Below are positions 29,165 through 38,348 of a stretch of DNA of 64,000 nucleotides, in pieces. Source of the DNA: Deltaproteobacteria bacterium (GTDB taxonomy: Bacteria > Myxococcota_A > Polyangia > Fen-1088); the NCBI GenBank assembly GCA_033763315.1, contig JANRKS010000032.1, positions 576,001 through 640,000 on the forward strand, in the 5' to 3' direction. The notes under the pieces are model-generated. The model did no database searches. It was not told the origin of the DNA and saw nothing but the letters and a program-made list of their open reading frames with translations. Within the stretch, counting starts at the first letter, position 1. The number at the start of each line of letters is the position of its first letter. Position numbers and translations under genes: made by a program.

Positions 29165-30807
29165 CTCGCCCGCCTCAGACGTTCGTTGCGGTGATTGTGG
29201 CGGGCTTGTGCCTTGGGAGCGCCACCGGGTTTATTGGCTGTCGCGATGAACGACCGGTGCTGTCACTGCGCGACAGTGACGCGGGCGTGTTGGATGGATC
29301 TGCGAGCGGCGAACTCAGCGTCACCGTCGATGTGACTAAAGTTGTGGGCGAGATCAGTCCGTTGATCTACGGCTTTCACTTCCCCGACAGCGCGCCATCA
29401 GACCTCGACTACGATGCCATTCGCCCCGCGTTGTTGCGCGTGCCGGGGTTTCGCCCCACCACCTACAACTGGGAAATCAACGCCAACAACGGCGGCATCT
29501 CGTGGTGCAATGAAAACGGCGGTGCGATGTCTTTGGACGACACCTCGGCGGGCTTGATCGATGTGGGGGCCGCTGTTGCGACCAAGCTCGGCGCCACCTT
29601 GGTGATCACGGTGCCGATTGGAGATCATGTGGCGGCTGACACGAAAGGTGGCAGTGGTCCGCCCGGCTGCACGGGGGATGTGCGCAAGTCGCCAAACTAC
29701 CTCACCACCCGTTTCATCGCGAATTTGCCCGCGGCCCCTTCACCCCTGGGGGCAGCGCCCAATTTGACTGACGCTCAGGTGTACCAAGATCAGATGGTGG
29801 CGTGGATTAAGCGCAAGCATCCGGGGTTGCCCGTGGTGTTTAGTTTGGACCGCTATCCGGATCGCTGGTCTAGCTTTCATCCAGCCGTTTTCGCGCAGCC
29901 GCCGAGCTACGACGAGATCTGCCAACGCGGGATCAAGTTTGCGGCCGCGATCAAAAGCATCGCGAGCGATGCTGTGGTGACGGGACCCGATGTCTCTGGC
30001 TGGAGCGGCCTCGTCGCGGGGGGGGCCCTCACAGAGCGTGGCACCAAGGGGGATTTCTTTGAGCACTACTTGCGTTGCATGTGGGCAGCGCAGCCTGCGG
30101 CGCCTTTGCTTGATGTGTTCGAGTTTGCGTGGGTCAGCGAGGCCGTGGCGGGCAACGAGGCCGTCAGTGGCACGGGCACTTCTGTCGATGTGATTGCCGC
30201 GCGCGTTCAGGCGCCCCGCTCGCTTTGGGATCCCACATACGTCGAAGACAGCGCGCCGGCGCAGAGTGAGGGTGCTTTGCGCCTGCTGCCTCGGTTGCAG
30301 GAGATCATCAAGAAGGTCGATCCGCAGGTTGGCATCTTTATTTCGGAGTGGAGTTTTGGCGGTACCGATCATGCCAGTGGCGCCGTGGCCGTGGCAGACG
30401 CGCTGGGCGTGATGGGCAAGTGGGGCGTGCGGATGGCTGCGTTGCGCTGGCATCAAGAGCCGCAGCGGTATTCGCTGGGGGCATTGCGCCTTTTCCGAAA
30501 CTTCGACGGCAAAGGCGCTGCGTTCGGGTCCACGGCCGTGCTGGCGGATGCCACGCAGATTGCCACCGTCGGTGCCTACGCCAGCAAAGATAACCGGGGC
30601 TCGTACATCCTGCTCATCAACAAAACTCTCGAAGAACAAAACCTGGCGCTGACTGTGAGAGGTCTTGCCCAAAGCACGGTTTGGCAGGTGTTCCGGGTGG
30701 GAGCCGATTCAGCGAACCCGCGACGCGAGGCTGACTTTGATGGCAGCGCGAGGCGAATCGTTCTGCCTGCGCTGTCCGTCAGCTTGCTGTACGCCCCCCG
30801 CCCCTAG
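29161..30807 (+). CDS. glycoside hydrolase family 44-like lipoprotein lacking the acid/base Glu
   Basis: Lipobox FIGC; ISPLIYG, TTYNWE.NA.N.G, VYQDQMV, RVQAPRSLWDPTYVE, ISEWSFGG, FRNFDGKG; LDRYPDRW instead of LDNEPxLW. GTG overlaps the previous stop. Confidence 0.82.
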   Translation: MTRPPQTFVAVIVAGLCLGSATGFIGCRDERPVLSLRDSDAGVLDGSASGELSVTVDVTKVVGEISPLIYGFHFPDSAPSDLDYDAIRPALLRVPGFRPTTYNWEINANNGGISWCNENGGAMSLDDTSAGLIDVGAAVATKLGATLVITVPIGDHVAADTKGGSGPPGCTGDVRKSPNYLTTRFIANLPAAPSPLGAAPNLTDAQVYQDQMVAWIKRKHPGLPVVFSLDRYPDRWSSFHPAVFAQPPSYDEICQRGIKFAAAIKSIASDAVVTGPDVSGWSGLVAGGALTERGTKGDFFEHYLRCMWAAQPAAPLLDVFEFAWVSEAVAGNEAVSGTGTSVDVIAARVQAPRSLWDPTYVEDSAPAQSEGALRLLPRLQEIIKKVDPQVGIFISEWSFGGTDHASGAVAVADALGVMGKWGVRMAALRWHQEPQRYSLGALRLFRNFDGKGAAFGSTAVLADATQIATVGAYASKDNRGSYILLINKTLEEQNLALTVRGLAQSTVWQVFRVGADSANPRREADFDGSARRIVLPALSVSLLYAPRP

Positions 30808-30952
30808 GTAAGCGGTTTTGGTTACCGTCACTACACCGTCCTGGCGCATTTTCACGGCGCCGTGACGACCCTCCGTCAATCTGACGTCTTCGGCGTGTCA
30901 CCCCGCTGGGCGCGATCGTCTGGTTACGTTCAGTTACGCACGTGCGCCTTGT

Positions 30953-30970
30953 CAGGCATGGCCCTTGCAG
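30953..30970 (+). promoter_or_regulatory. sigma54 (-24/-12) promoter
   Basis: CAGGCATGGCCCTTGCAG: GG-N10-GC with TTGCA; upstream palindromes TCACGGCGCCGTGA (30852) and CGTCA-ATC-TGACG (30874). Confidence 0.65.
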
Positions 30971-30981
30971 CTGCCAAGCTC

Positions 30982-31200
30982 ATGAAAAAGCGAAGCACCG
31001 TTAGCAAAGGAAAGCACACCCGGTCGCCTACAGAGCAACCCGCCTTGTCTTTGGGCGACGTTGTTTCGGCCGCCTTCGACCAAGCCTACGAAGTCACCAA
31101 AAACCAACAGCAAGCCGCGGCGTTAGCCTCCGTGGTGGTGCAGCGTTTGTTGGGTCGTCAGGCGCGCGGTCTTTACATGAAGCGGTTTGCCGTCGCCTGA
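30982..31200 (+). CDS. small basic hypothetical protein (72 aa)
   Basis: MKKRST...LSLGDVVSAAFD...; ATG lies about 14 nt after the sigma54 -12 GC, so it may be leaderless. Confidence 0.6.
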   Translation: MKKRSTVSKGKHTRSPTEQPALSLGDVVSAAFDQAYEVTKNQQQAAALASVVVQRLLGRQARGLYMKRFAVA

Positions 31201-31241
31201 GCGCGTTCGACGCTTTTAGGACCAAAGAATCAACTCGCGAA

Positions 31242-32189
31242 CTATCGCTTTCGCTTTTTCGTTGGCCTCGGCTCTTTCGTTTTCGCTTTGCGGCGCTTCG
31301 CCGTTTTGCCCGTCTTGGCTTTTGTCTGTGCCGCGGCAAGACTTTGATTGTGTCGGCGCGCCTGGGCAATCGCGGCTTTGGCGTGAACGCCCATCTTTTG
31401 TAGCTCTTCCATCCAGACCTCTTTGTAAGGCCTGAGGATCGACACCAGCGTCTTCAGCACAGCGATGTCGCGGAACCACTTTTTGTTGGCGGGAACGATG
31501 TGCCAGGGCCGTTCGGGGCTGCTGCACTTGTTGAAGACGTCTTCGTAAGCTTCGGTGGTTTTGTCCCAAGCGTCCCGTTCAAGCCAATCCGACGGGTTCA
31601 GTTTCCAGAACTTACGAGGATCCTTTTCGCGTTCGAGCAGCCGCTGCTCTTGTTCGTCGGCGCTGATGTGCAAAAAGAATTTCACAACGATCGTTTTTGC
31701 GTCGCTCAGCACTTCTTCGAACGAATTAATCTGGGCGTAGCGCTTCTGCCAAATGCTTTTGGGCGCCAGCTCATGAACGCGCACCGCAACCACGTCTTCG
31801 TAGTGTGAGCGATTGAAGATCGCTAGATCGCCTTTTTGCGGTGCTTCTTTGTGAATGCGCCACAAATAGTCGTGCGCGAGCTCTGCGGCCGAAGGCACTT
31901 TGAAAGCTGTGACGCGGACCGTTTGAACGTTGGCCACTGATAAAATCTTGCGAACGCATCCATCTTTGCCGGCGGCGTCGCGGCCTTGGATGATCACCAG
32001 CAAAGAGTGTGACGCGGCGTAGGCCAGCAGATCGGCCAACTCGCGGAATTCTTCTTCAACGGGCTCCGCGTGCGCGCGTGCGGCTTCTTTATCTAAACCC
32101 CAGGTTTCGCTTGGATCGAGTTCGGTGAGGTGGAATTTTCGGCGGCCATTGACTGGGATGACATAACGCTGCGACCGTAAGGGAGCCAT
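31242..32189 (-). CDS. ppk2: polyphosphate kinase 2 (class III-type)
   Basis: Walker A GRDAAGKDG, FKVPS..E..HDYLWR, FNRSHYEDV, KFFLHIS, PW..VPANKKW. Confidence 0.93.
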   Translation of the reverse strand: MAPLRSQRYVIPVNGRRKFHLTELDPSETWGLDKEAARAHAEPVEEEFRELADLLAYAASHSLLVIIQGRDAAGKDGCVRKILSVANVQTVRVTAFKVPSAAELAHDYLWRIHKEAPQKGDLAIFNRSHYEDVVAVRVHELAPKSIWQKRYAQINSFEEVLSDAKTIVVKFFLHISADEQEQRLLEREKDPRKFWKLNPSDWLERDAWDKTTEAYEDVFNKCSSPERPWHIVPANKKWFRDIAVLKTLVSILRPYKEVWMEELQKMGVHAKAAIAQARRHNQSLAAAQTKAKTGKTAKRRKAKTKEPRPTKKRKR

Positions 32190-32291
32190 CGGTGCCGGCA
32201 GTGTGGCCTACTGGTGCCAACGCCGTCAACGCCTGCGTGGCAAATGACAAGGAAGCGGCACGTACGCTGCAGATCGTGGCCTGCTGGTTGT

Positions 32292-32350
32292 GGACAAGTG
32301 TCCGGACACGCGGCGGACACGGACAGGTTTTTCGCGCTTCGGGGCGGACA
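32292..32350. repeat. cluster of GGACA pentamers in the ppk2/gpx divergent promoter
   Basis: GGACA at 32292, 32304, 32315, 32321, 32346, plus inverted TGTCC at 32299. Confidence 0.4.
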
Positions 32351-32439
32351 AACACGGCTCGTTCGCGCATTGTATTCGTCCGGTTCAATGCTGGACCCGA
32401 AGGACCCACGTCCTTGCTTACTACCCTTGGGGCGCCAAC

Positions 32440-32910
32440 ATGACATTTTATGATCTAGAAGCAGAGTCCATCGACGGAAACGTTGTGCCGTTGGAGGTTT
32501 ACCGCGGCAAAGTGGTTTTGGTCGTTAACACGGCCTCTCAATGTGGCTTTACCCCACAGTACGAGGGCCTTGAACAGCTGTGGAAGGACTACAAAGAAAA
32601 AGACTTTGTGGTGTTGGCCTTTCCTTCTAACGATTTTGGCGCGCAGGAGCCAGGCACAGCGGAAGAGATCGAAGCCTTTTGCAAATCACGCTACGGCGTC
32701 ACTTTCCCTCTGTTCGCGAAGGTGAAGACGAAAGGCCAGGGGCAGTCGCCGATCTACAAGTTTCTCAACGCCAAGTACGGCGAGCCACAGTGGAACTTTC
32801 ACAAGTACCTCGTGGGCAAAGACGGTCAAGTCAAGCGGGCCTTTCCCGCAAAACTCGGTCCCGAGTCAATGCCGTTGCGGGCCGCTATCGACGCCGCGTT
32901 GAAGGAGTAG
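32440..32910 (+). CDS. glutathione peroxidase family protein (Cys-type)
   Basis: VNTASQCGFTPQY, FPSNDFG.QEPG, WNFHKYLV. Confidence 0.95.
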   Translation: MTFYDLEAESIDGNVVPLEVYRGKVVLVVNTASQCGFTPQYEGLEQLWKDYKEKDFVVLAFPSNDFGAQEPGTAEEIEAFCKSRYGVTFPLFAKVKTKGQGQSPIYKFLNAKYGEPQWNFHKYLVGKDGQVKRAFPAKLGPESMPLRAAIDAALKE

Positions 32911-35107
32911 AGTGTTTGGGCGCGGCGACGGAGCGATCGATGCGCACCCAGTTGTGCCCGAGCGGCAGATAGCCAGCGGCCCTGCGCAGCGCTGGCGCCG
33001 CACAAATGCCTTCGGACAACACGTCGGGCGCATCGGCGCGCCGGCGTTCCGGCCAATGCACGCTCGCCAATGCCCAGCGCAACCGCAGCGGCGCCGTTTG
33101 TGTCAGTGGCCGTAGGTAGCCGAAGCGCCGCCACACGGAAAACCGCATGCGGCGCAGAACCTGCTGATCATCCGCGGCCAAATCTTCGAACACAAACTCG
33201 TCGAGTTCATCCAGGCTCACCGTGCCTAAGCCTTTTTGTAATCCATAGAGGATGGCGCGCAGCCCGCGCGAACCAGCGTTTTCCCAAGCCGTTTGCAGCG
33301 GCGCAAAGTGTTCGTCGATTGTGTGGCGCACAAACGTCGCCAAGCGCGCGCGAACGGCTTGTTGCAAGCTCGCAGGGAACGCAGGCAAAACCAGCAGCTC
33401 GGGTCGCAGAAGCTCGGTGCCGGCGGTGAGCCGGCCGAGCGCCTGCGCGCCATCGTAGATGCAGCCATCTTGGCCCAATCGAAATTGCGACTCGTCGGCC
33501 GCCGTCCACGCCCGCGCGGCGGCTTGCTCTTCTTCGCTGGCAGACACGGGCGTTACGAACGCCGCCAGATCCGCCAAGGCGTGCGCCGTTTGATCTGGCC
33601 TTACGCGCGCCGGGACACTTTGCGGCCTGGCTTTGGCCGCGGGCGCCGTGCGTGTGGATTTGCGCGCCCGCTTGCCGTGTCGATCAACGAAGCGGCTGAG
33701 CAGTTGCTCGTGTAAGGCGTCGCTGAGGCGATCTTCAATGGCGAGCGTGCGCTCTTGCCAGCCGGCCGCATCCGCCAACCAATCGCTGCGGTGGCAAATG
33801 AATGTCCAGGTGCGAATGGCCGCCATGCGCACCAACAAGGTGTCCAACTCACCAGCCACATCGTCAAGCCGTTGCACTTGGGTGCGCACCCAATCGGTTG
33901 ACAGCTGCCCCTTTTGCGCCAGCTGCAAGAATACGGCGGCCAGGAGCTCGAAGTGATCGTCCAGCAGCAGTTTGCGGAAATCGGGTATCTGGCACACCTG
34001 CCACAACAAGCGAACCCGCTCGGGCCCCACAGCCAACGCTTGCACGTCGCCTCGGCGGACGAGCCGGGCCAACGCCTGCTGATCTTCAGCGTTGTCAGTG
34101 AGGATGAGCCCCGGCGCGAAGGGCCGCGCCGACAGTGACTGCACCAAAGCATCCATTGATGAATGGTCGAGCTCGGCGTTGCGCCAGAACAGCCGCAACA
34201 CCGGCGCGAAGCGATGCTCTTCGATTGCGTTTTGCACAGCAAACGGCAACGGTGGCAACGGCGCCAGCGTGCAAAACTGCCCATCGTTGCGGTTGCGGCC
34301 GGCGCGGCCCGCGATTTGGGCCATTTCAGCGTCATCTAAGCCGCGGCTTTGACGGCCATCGTACTTCTTGAGATCCGCGAACGCCACGCAATCGACGTTC
34401 ATGTTCAAGCCCATGCCGATGGCGTCGGTGGCCACCAAGAAGTCCACCTCGCCCGCTTGATACATCTGCACCTGCGCGTTGCGTGTGCGCGGCGACAGCG
34501 CGCCCAACACCACGGCCGCACCACCGCGTTTAAGCTTGAGCCGCTCTGCCAATTCGTATACGCGCGCTGCAGAGAACGCGACCACGGCGGTGCGAGGCGG
34601 CAGCTGGCCGAGCGTGGCGTTGCCGGTGCCGCGCAACACCGAGAGCCGCGGTTTCTTCTCGACGCGCGCCGTGGGCAACAGCGCTTGCAACATGGGGCGA
34701 ATCGTTTCTGCGCCAAGAAACCAAGTTTCAAGGGTGCCGCGCCACTGCAAAAGGCGCTCTGTGAAGATGTGGCCGCGTTCGTGGTGGGCCGCCAACTGAA
34801 TTTCATCCACCGCCAAGAATTCAACCGCCAACGCGGGCATCGCTTCGACGGTGCAGATCCAAAACCGGGGGTGCGCCGGCACGCGCCGCTCTTCGCCTGT
34901 GACCAACGCCACCGCCTCGGGCCCCACCTGAGCGCGTACGCGATCGTAAACTTCGCGCGCCAGGAGCCGCAGCGGCAACCCCATCATGCCGCTGCGAAAC
35001 TCAAGCATGCGTTGGGTTGCCTGGTGTGTTTTCCCCGTGTTTGTGGGCCCCAATATGGCCGTGACGGCCGAGGGTGCGCTGACGGGTGAGCGGAGTTCAG
35101 GTCGCAT
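32885..35107 (-). CDS. SF2 helicase, Suv3/MgpS-like
   Basis: GPTNTGKT, PLRLLARE, DEIQ, VATDAIGMGLN, QIAGRAGR. Confidence 0.92.
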   Translation of the reverse strand: MRPELRSPVSAPSAVTAILGPTNTGKTHQATQRMLEFRSGMMGLPLRLLAREVYDRVRAQVGPEAVALVTGEERRVPAHPRFWICTVEAMPALAVEFLAVDEIQLAAHHERGHIFTERLLQWRGTLETWFLGAETIRPMLQALLPTARVEKKPRLSVLRGTGNATLGQLPPRTAVVAFSAARVYELAERLKLKRGGAAVVLGALSPRTRNAQVQMYQAGEVDFLVATDAIGMGLNMNVDCVAFADLKKYDGRQSRGLDDAEMAQIAGRAGRNRNDGQFCTLAPLPPLPFAVQNAIEEHRFAPVLRLFWRNAELDHSSMDALVQSLSARPFAPGLILTDNAEDQQALARLVRRGDVQALAVGPERVRLLWQVCQIPDFRKLLLDDHFELLAAVFLQLAQKGQLSTDWVRTQVQRLDDVAGELDTLLVRMAAIRTWTFICHRSDWLADAAGWQERTLAIEDRLSDALHEQLLSRFVDRHGKRARKSTRTAPAAKARPQSVPARVRPDQTAHALADLAAFVTPVSASEEEQAAARAWTAADESQFRLGQDGCIYDGAQALGRLTAGTELLRPELLVLPAFPASLQQAVRARLATFVRHTIDEHFAPLQTAWENAGSRGLRAILYGLQKGLGTVSLDELDEFVFEDLAADDQQVLRRMRFSVWRRFGYLRPLTQTAPLRLRWALASVHWPERRRADAPDVLSEGICAAPALRRAAGYLPLGHNWVRIDRSVAAPKHSTPSTRRR

Positions 35108-35207
35108 GACCTAACCACAATCCTAGTGCACAATGGCCGGCACCGCACCCATCGCGCACGCACTTCCATGGCGGCGCTGGTTCTTGCTATAGACGTTTGC
35201 GTCGGCC

Positions 35208-35678
35208 ATGAAGACCAACGCTGCACGCATTCTTGATCGCCTCGGCATCGCCTACGAGTTGCGCACCTATGAGGTGGATCCTGAAGATTTGTCCGCGGAA
35301 ACGGTTGCCCTGAAGGTGGGGCTGCCCCTTGGGCAGGTGTGGAAGACGCTGGTGGCGCGCGGCGATCGCCACGGCGTGTGCTTGGCCGTGATCGCGGGCA
35401 GCGCGCGTCTTGATTGCAAAGGCCTCGCGAAGTTGGCCGGCGATCGCAGCACGGATACGGTGCCACTCAAGGAAGTGCAGCCTCTTACGGGCTACATTCG
35501 TGGCGGCGTGACGGCGCTGGCGTGCAAGAAGGATTATCCCGTTTACGTGGACGAGACCGTCGAACTGTTCGACACCATCTCTGTCTCGGCGGGCGTGCGC
35601 GGCACACAGATCGTTTTATCGCCGGCCGATTACCTCCGCGCCACCCAGGCCACCTTGGGGGCGATCGCCATTTACTAA
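35208..35678 (+). CDS. ybaK: Cys-tRNA(Pro) deacylase YbaK/EbsC
   Basis: [29 protein letters not shown]. Confidence 0.92.
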   Translation: MKTNAARILDRLGIAYELRTYEVDPEDLSAETVALKVGLPLGQVWKTLVARGDRHGVCLAVIAGSARLDCKGLAKLAGDRSTDTVPLKEVQPLTGYIRGGVTALACKKDYPVYVDETVELFDTISVSAGVRGTQIVLSPADYLRATQATLGAIAIY

Positions 35679-37651
35679 GCGACGGCGGCTTGGTGCAAAG
35701 CCGCCGTCAGTTCGTGGCGGCGGTAAGGTTTCTTTAGGAAGCCCTTCGCGCCTTGAGCCATCACGTCGTCGATGACACTTTCGTGCACGAATCCTGACAC
35801 CATGATCACCCGCACGTCGTGGCGAAGTTGCTTAAGCCTTAAGAAGCACTCGCGCCCGTCCATGCGTGGCATGATCACATCCAAAAGCACCAGCGCAATC
35901 TCGTCTCTATTTTGTCGAAAAACTTCTACGGCTTGTTCGCCATCCCCGGCCGTCAGCACGGTGTAGCCCGCGCTTTGCAACAGCATCGCGCAAGTGTCCC
36001 GGATGACGTCTTCATCATCAACCACCAAAACCGTGCCATGTCCTGGCGGGATCTGTGAGCGCTTCTCTGGCCGCGCGGCGCGCGCGGCGGATAGGGGCAA
36101 CCATAATGTGAAGGTTGTGCCCGCCGCCGCTTCGCTTTGCAGTTCGATGGCGCCTCCATGGGTGGTGACGGCGCCATACACGGCCGCCAACCCCAGCCCC
36201 GTGCCTTGCCCGATTGGTTTGGTCGTAAAGAACGGCTCGAACACCCGTGCGCGAATGGCCTGGGGAATGCCAAGCCCCGTGTCTTGGACGGCCACCTCCA
36301 GATAATCGCCCGGCGTTACAGCGAACGTGCTCAATCGACATTTTTCTTCGCTGAAGAACACGTTGCGGGTGGCGATTTTGATCTCGCCCTCTTCCGGAAT
36401 GGCGTCGCGGGCGTTGATGCACAGATTGAGCAGTGCGTTTTGCAGTTCCGAAGGATCGCCGGACACTGTGGCGTGTGTCGCGCCAAGGTCGGTTGTCAAA
36501 ACGATCCTTCGGTCTACGGATCGTTGCAGAATGGCAACCACATCCGCGATCGTTGCATGCAAATCCACGGGCGTGTTCTGCATGCGCCCGCGCCGCGAAA
36601 ACGTCAGCAGTTTTGCCGTTAGCTCTGCCGCGCGGTGGGACGTGCGCGACATCAGATCCACCAAATCGATCGCACGTTGCCCGAGGTCTGGCTCCATACG
36701 CAACAACTCGGCGGCGCCAAGAATGCCGCTTAACATGTTGTTGAAGTCATGGGCGATGCCGCCCGCCAGCTGACCCACCGATTCCATCTTCTGCGAATGC
36801 AGCAGCTGTTCTTCAAGGTGCCGTTGCGTGGTGATGTCGCGCACCACCACTACAATGCCCATGAACGCGCCCTGCGGATCCACAATCGGTGAAGCCGTCT
36901 CCGCCAACTCACGCGTGATTCCATCTTTGAGCGTGAGCCGGACGCCCGCCGCTGACGAGGTCGTCAATGTCTTTTGCAACTGCGCAAACAACAGGCGCGG
37001 CGTTGTCTGCGGTGAGAACGTGCGATAAATGCTGTCGAATGGCTTGCCGAAGCTTTCGGCCTGTGTGCATCCCAGCAGGGTTTCTGCCACAGGGTTCATG
37101 GCCGTCACGCGACCCTGCGCGTCCGTGGCGATCACTCCCTCGGCGATCGCGTTCAAGGTCGTCGACAGGCGCGCCTCACGTTCGCGCACGGCTTCTTCCG
37201 CCAGCTTCCGTTCAGTGATGTCTTCGTAGGTGCCGAGGATCCCAACGACCTTACGCTGCACATCGAACAGCGGGATCTTGCTTGTGTCGAGCCACGCGTT
37301 TTTGCCGTTGGCCTGCAGCTGAGGTTCGATGATGTGATACCGCGGTTGCCCCGAATCCATCACCTCGCGATCCACGGCGCGAAAAAACTCGGCTTGCTCA
37401 CGCGTCCACGCCAAGTCAAAGTCGGTCTTGCCTTCGATGTCTTTGGGCGTGCTGACGCCGGCGGCCGCAGCAAAGTTGCGGTTGCAGCCGAGGTAAACCG
37501 AATCCCGATCCTTCCAAAAAATGAACTGCGGGATGTTGTCGATCACCAACTGAAACAGCCGTACGCTGTCTTCCACCAGGCCAGGCCGCCGCTCACGAGA
37601 CACAGTCTCTAGTAAGCGGCCTTCCCCGTGAGCCGTCAAGTTGAGGTGCAA
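35675..37651 (-). CDS. cytoplasmic hybrid histidine kinase (PAS-PAS-HisKA-HATPase-REC)
   Basis: Two PAS/PAC domains, [39 protein letters not shown], receiver VVDDE...LDVIMP...KPY. Confidence 0.95.
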   Translation of the reverse strand: MHLNLTAHGEGRLLETVSRERRPGLVEDSVRLFQLVIDNIPQFIFWKDRDSVYLGCNRNFAAAAGVSTPKDIEGKTDFDLAWTREQAEFFRAVDREVMDSGQPRYHIIEPQLQANGKNAWLDTSKIPLFDVQRKVVGILGTYEDITERKLAEEAVREREARLSTTLNAIAEGVIATDAQGRVTAMNPVAETLLGCTQAESFGKPFDSIYRTFSPQTTPRLLFAQLQKTLTTSSAAGVRLTLKDGITRELAETASPIVDPQGAFMGIVVVVRDITTQRHLEEQLLHSQKMESVGQLAGGIAHDFNNMLSGILGAAELLRMEPDLGQRAIDLVDLMSRTSHRAAELTAKLLTFSRRGRMQNTPVDLHATIADVVAILQRSVDRRIVLTTDLGATHATVSGDPSELQNALLNLCINARDAIPEEGEIKIATRNVFFSEEKCRLSTFAVTPGDYLEVAVQDTGLGIPQAIRARVFEPFFTTKPIGQGTGLGLAAVYGAVTTHGGAIELQSEAAAGTTFTLWLPLSAARAARPEKRSQIPPGHGTVLVVDDEDVIRDTCAMLLQSAGYTVLTAGDGEQAVEVFRQNRDEIALVLLDVIMPRMDGRECFLRLKQLRHDVRVIMVSGFVHESVIDDVMAQGAKGFLKKPYRRHELTAALHQAAVA

Positions 37652-37674
37652 CGCACCTCACAAACCAGTCACAC

Positions 37675-38214
37675 CTACATTCCGCCCAAAGCGGCGTTGA
37701 TCGCGCCTCGCAATTCGTCGGATTCAGGGGTCACCTTGGATGGGAAGGCGTTGATTACTTGGCCGTCCTTGCCCACGAGGTACTTGTGAAAGTTCCACTT
37801 GGGCTCGCCATGTTTTGCGGCCAGGAACTTGTAAACGTCCGACTGCCCTTCGCCCTTGGTCTTCACTTTCGCGAACAACGGGAAGGTGACGCCAAATTTG
37901 ACGCTGCAGAATTTCTTAATCTCCGCCGCCGTGCCCGGCTCTTGCCCGCCAAAGTCGTTCGATGGGAAGCCCAGCAGAACAAAGTCTTTGCCTTTGTAGT
38001 CTTTCCACAGCTTTTCGAGTCCTGCGTACTGCGGCGTGAAGCCACACTCGGACGCGGTGTTGACCACCAAAACAACCTTGCCTTTGTAAGCCGATAGAGG
38101 CTGCTCGGCTCCGTCGATCGTTTCGGCCTTAAGAGAGAAAAAGTTCATGGGCTTTTCCTTTACCGGTTTTGCGGTTGACACCGCGAGTGACGCCACCATT
38201 GCTAAAATCAACAT
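37675..38214 (-). CDS. glutathione peroxidase family protein (Cys-type), possibly exported
   Basis: VNTASECGFTPQY, FPSNDFGGQEPG, WNFHKYLV. ATG 38214 adds a signal-like MLILAMVASLAVSTA; alternative start at 38148. Confidence 0.93.
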   Translation of the reverse strand: MLILAMVASLAVSTAKPVKEKPMNFFSLKAETIDGAEQPLSAYKGKVVLVVNTASECGFTPQYAGLEKLWKDYKGKDFVLLGFPSNDFGGQEPGTAAEIKKFCSVKFGVTFPLFAKVKTKGEGQSDVYKFLAAKHGEPKWNFHKYLVGKDGQVINAFPSKVTPESDELRGAINAALGGM

Positions 38215-38348
38215 GTTCGTAAGATGCCGCAGGGCGGGCGTCTTGTCGCCGTTTCCGGCCAAGGTTGAGAGCTTTGTCACTACCCTACGCCTACAACGCC
38301 CGTGTGCAGAGTTTTGCCTCGGTGCGGGATGAGTGATTCAATGCCGCC

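Noticed and set aside
32440-38214. Selenocysteine in the glutathione peroxidases
   Set aside because: Both active-site codons are Cys (TGT); there is no in-frame TGA.
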